Shown in pieces: positions 63,323 to 64,000 of a stretch of DNA of 64,000 nt. A program made the translations under genes and the position numbers. A model generated the notes under the pieces. It was not told the origin of the DNA. It searched no databases and saw nothing but the letters and a program-made list of their open reading frames with translations. The DNA is from Phaeosaccion multiseriatum (taxonomy: Eukaryota > Protista > Ochrophyta, other classes), in the NCBI GenBank assembly GCA_965112735.1, contig OZ218963.1, positions 806,001-870,000 of the forward strand, written 5' to 3'. Numbering within the stretch: position 1 is the first letter of the stretch; the number at the start of each line of letters is the position of its first letter.

Positions 63323-63697
63323 GGTATGCTCTGTTCTCCTGCAAATTCACGTGGGAGATGCCCCTCCCACCACTGGCATCAGCTGTTACAGCCGGGTATC
63401 GTCCGCGCAGCCGCTGCTCCTCTTACATAGCTGCCCTGTGCAAATATGCTGATGCTGTGAATGAATAAAAATCCATGTGGGGAGGGGGGGGAGAATGCCC
63501 CACAACCAAAAAATATTGGATAAAAAACTTGAAAAACCAGCATTTGTGGCCCATAAAATATCCAAAACCATAATTTCGTGGGGCAGGTGCCCCACATCAC
63601 GGTACTATTAGACATACGGACTACAGAGAACTATATAACAATTGTTTGGATTATCCTATATGCCTCTAAATGGGCAAAATACTGCACGCTCAGCGCT

Positions 63698-64000
63698 CTA
63701 ACCATATGCCTCTACGATTTTCCTCCAGATCGGCTCCCCACTGCCTTTTCCTGTATAGTACAGGCTCCCCGGTACCTCCTCCAGCACGCTGGGTGCCCCC
63801 TTCGTGCGGGAAAATCCGCTTAAAGACTTTTCACCCGCTTTCACCTCCTTTCTGGCCAGCTCGCGCTGTGCCTGTTTTTTTTTTTTTTCTTCTCTCTCTA
63901 TCAAACCCATCAATTCTCTTCGTCTGTCTTCTCTCCGGCAGCCACCTCTTCTCCTTCCCCTCCTCTGTCTTCTCTCCTGCAGACTTCGAGTCTTTCGCCT
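63698..64000 (-). CDS. Possible 3' end of a gene entering from beyond the window
   Basis: Frame open from the window edge to a stop at 63698 (…ARKEVKAGEKSLSGF…GEPIWRKIVEAYG*); no recognisable family. Confidence 0.3.
   Translation of the reverse strand, partial: RRKTRSLQERRQRRGRRRGGCRREDRRRELMGLIEREEKKKKQAQRELARKEVKAGEKSLSGFSRTKGAPSVLEEVPGSLYYTGKGSGEPIWRKIVEAYG

Noticed and set aside
60124-63572. TATGG direct terminal repeats, which I recall for CryptonS elements
   Set aside because: TATGG occurs at 60124 on + and at 63551/63568 on -, i.e. inverted rather than direct, so it cannot define the ends from this copy alone.

Overview
This is eukaryotic DNA, most likely from a photosynthetic stramenopile (ochrophyte). 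The evidence is GT-AG introns throughout, two genes with bipartite plastid-targeting presequences, flagellar genes, and a stramenopile-type Crypton. Most long ORFs in the six-frame track are artefacts of very large simple repeats ((GGGA)n, (GAGT)n, (CCT)n, (TAG)n) that fill introns and intergenic space. Genes I spliced by hand, in order: IFT56/TTC26 (5' part missing), a secreted protein with a split somatomedin-B-like domain, a ~150-aa coiled-coil protein head-to-head with GAS8/DRC4, a kelch-repeat protein head-to-head with a sulfotransferase-like type II membrane protein, an uncertain F-box-like gene, plastid PheRS alpha, a coiled-coil hypothetical, ZSWIM7/SWS1 head-to-head with a Serinc, an intronless CHASE hybrid histidine kinase, and plastid homoserine dehydrogenase. 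Near the right end is a tyrosine-recombinase (Crypton-like) element with an extra C-terminal PHD-like zinc finger and palindromic GTGGG...CCCAC motifs on both flanks. Non-autonomous elements: a TTAA-flanked piggyBac-like MITE and a nested inverted-repeat complex at 25.8-27.9 kb. Most notable: the Crypton-like element with its flanking palindromes and adjacent structured segment, the intronless CHASE kinase, a 13-mer that sits in opposite orientations at intron ends, and the split somatomedin-B protein. Three frameshifts fall in homopolymer runs and may be sequencing errors. Family assignments come from motif recognition only; no searches were run.
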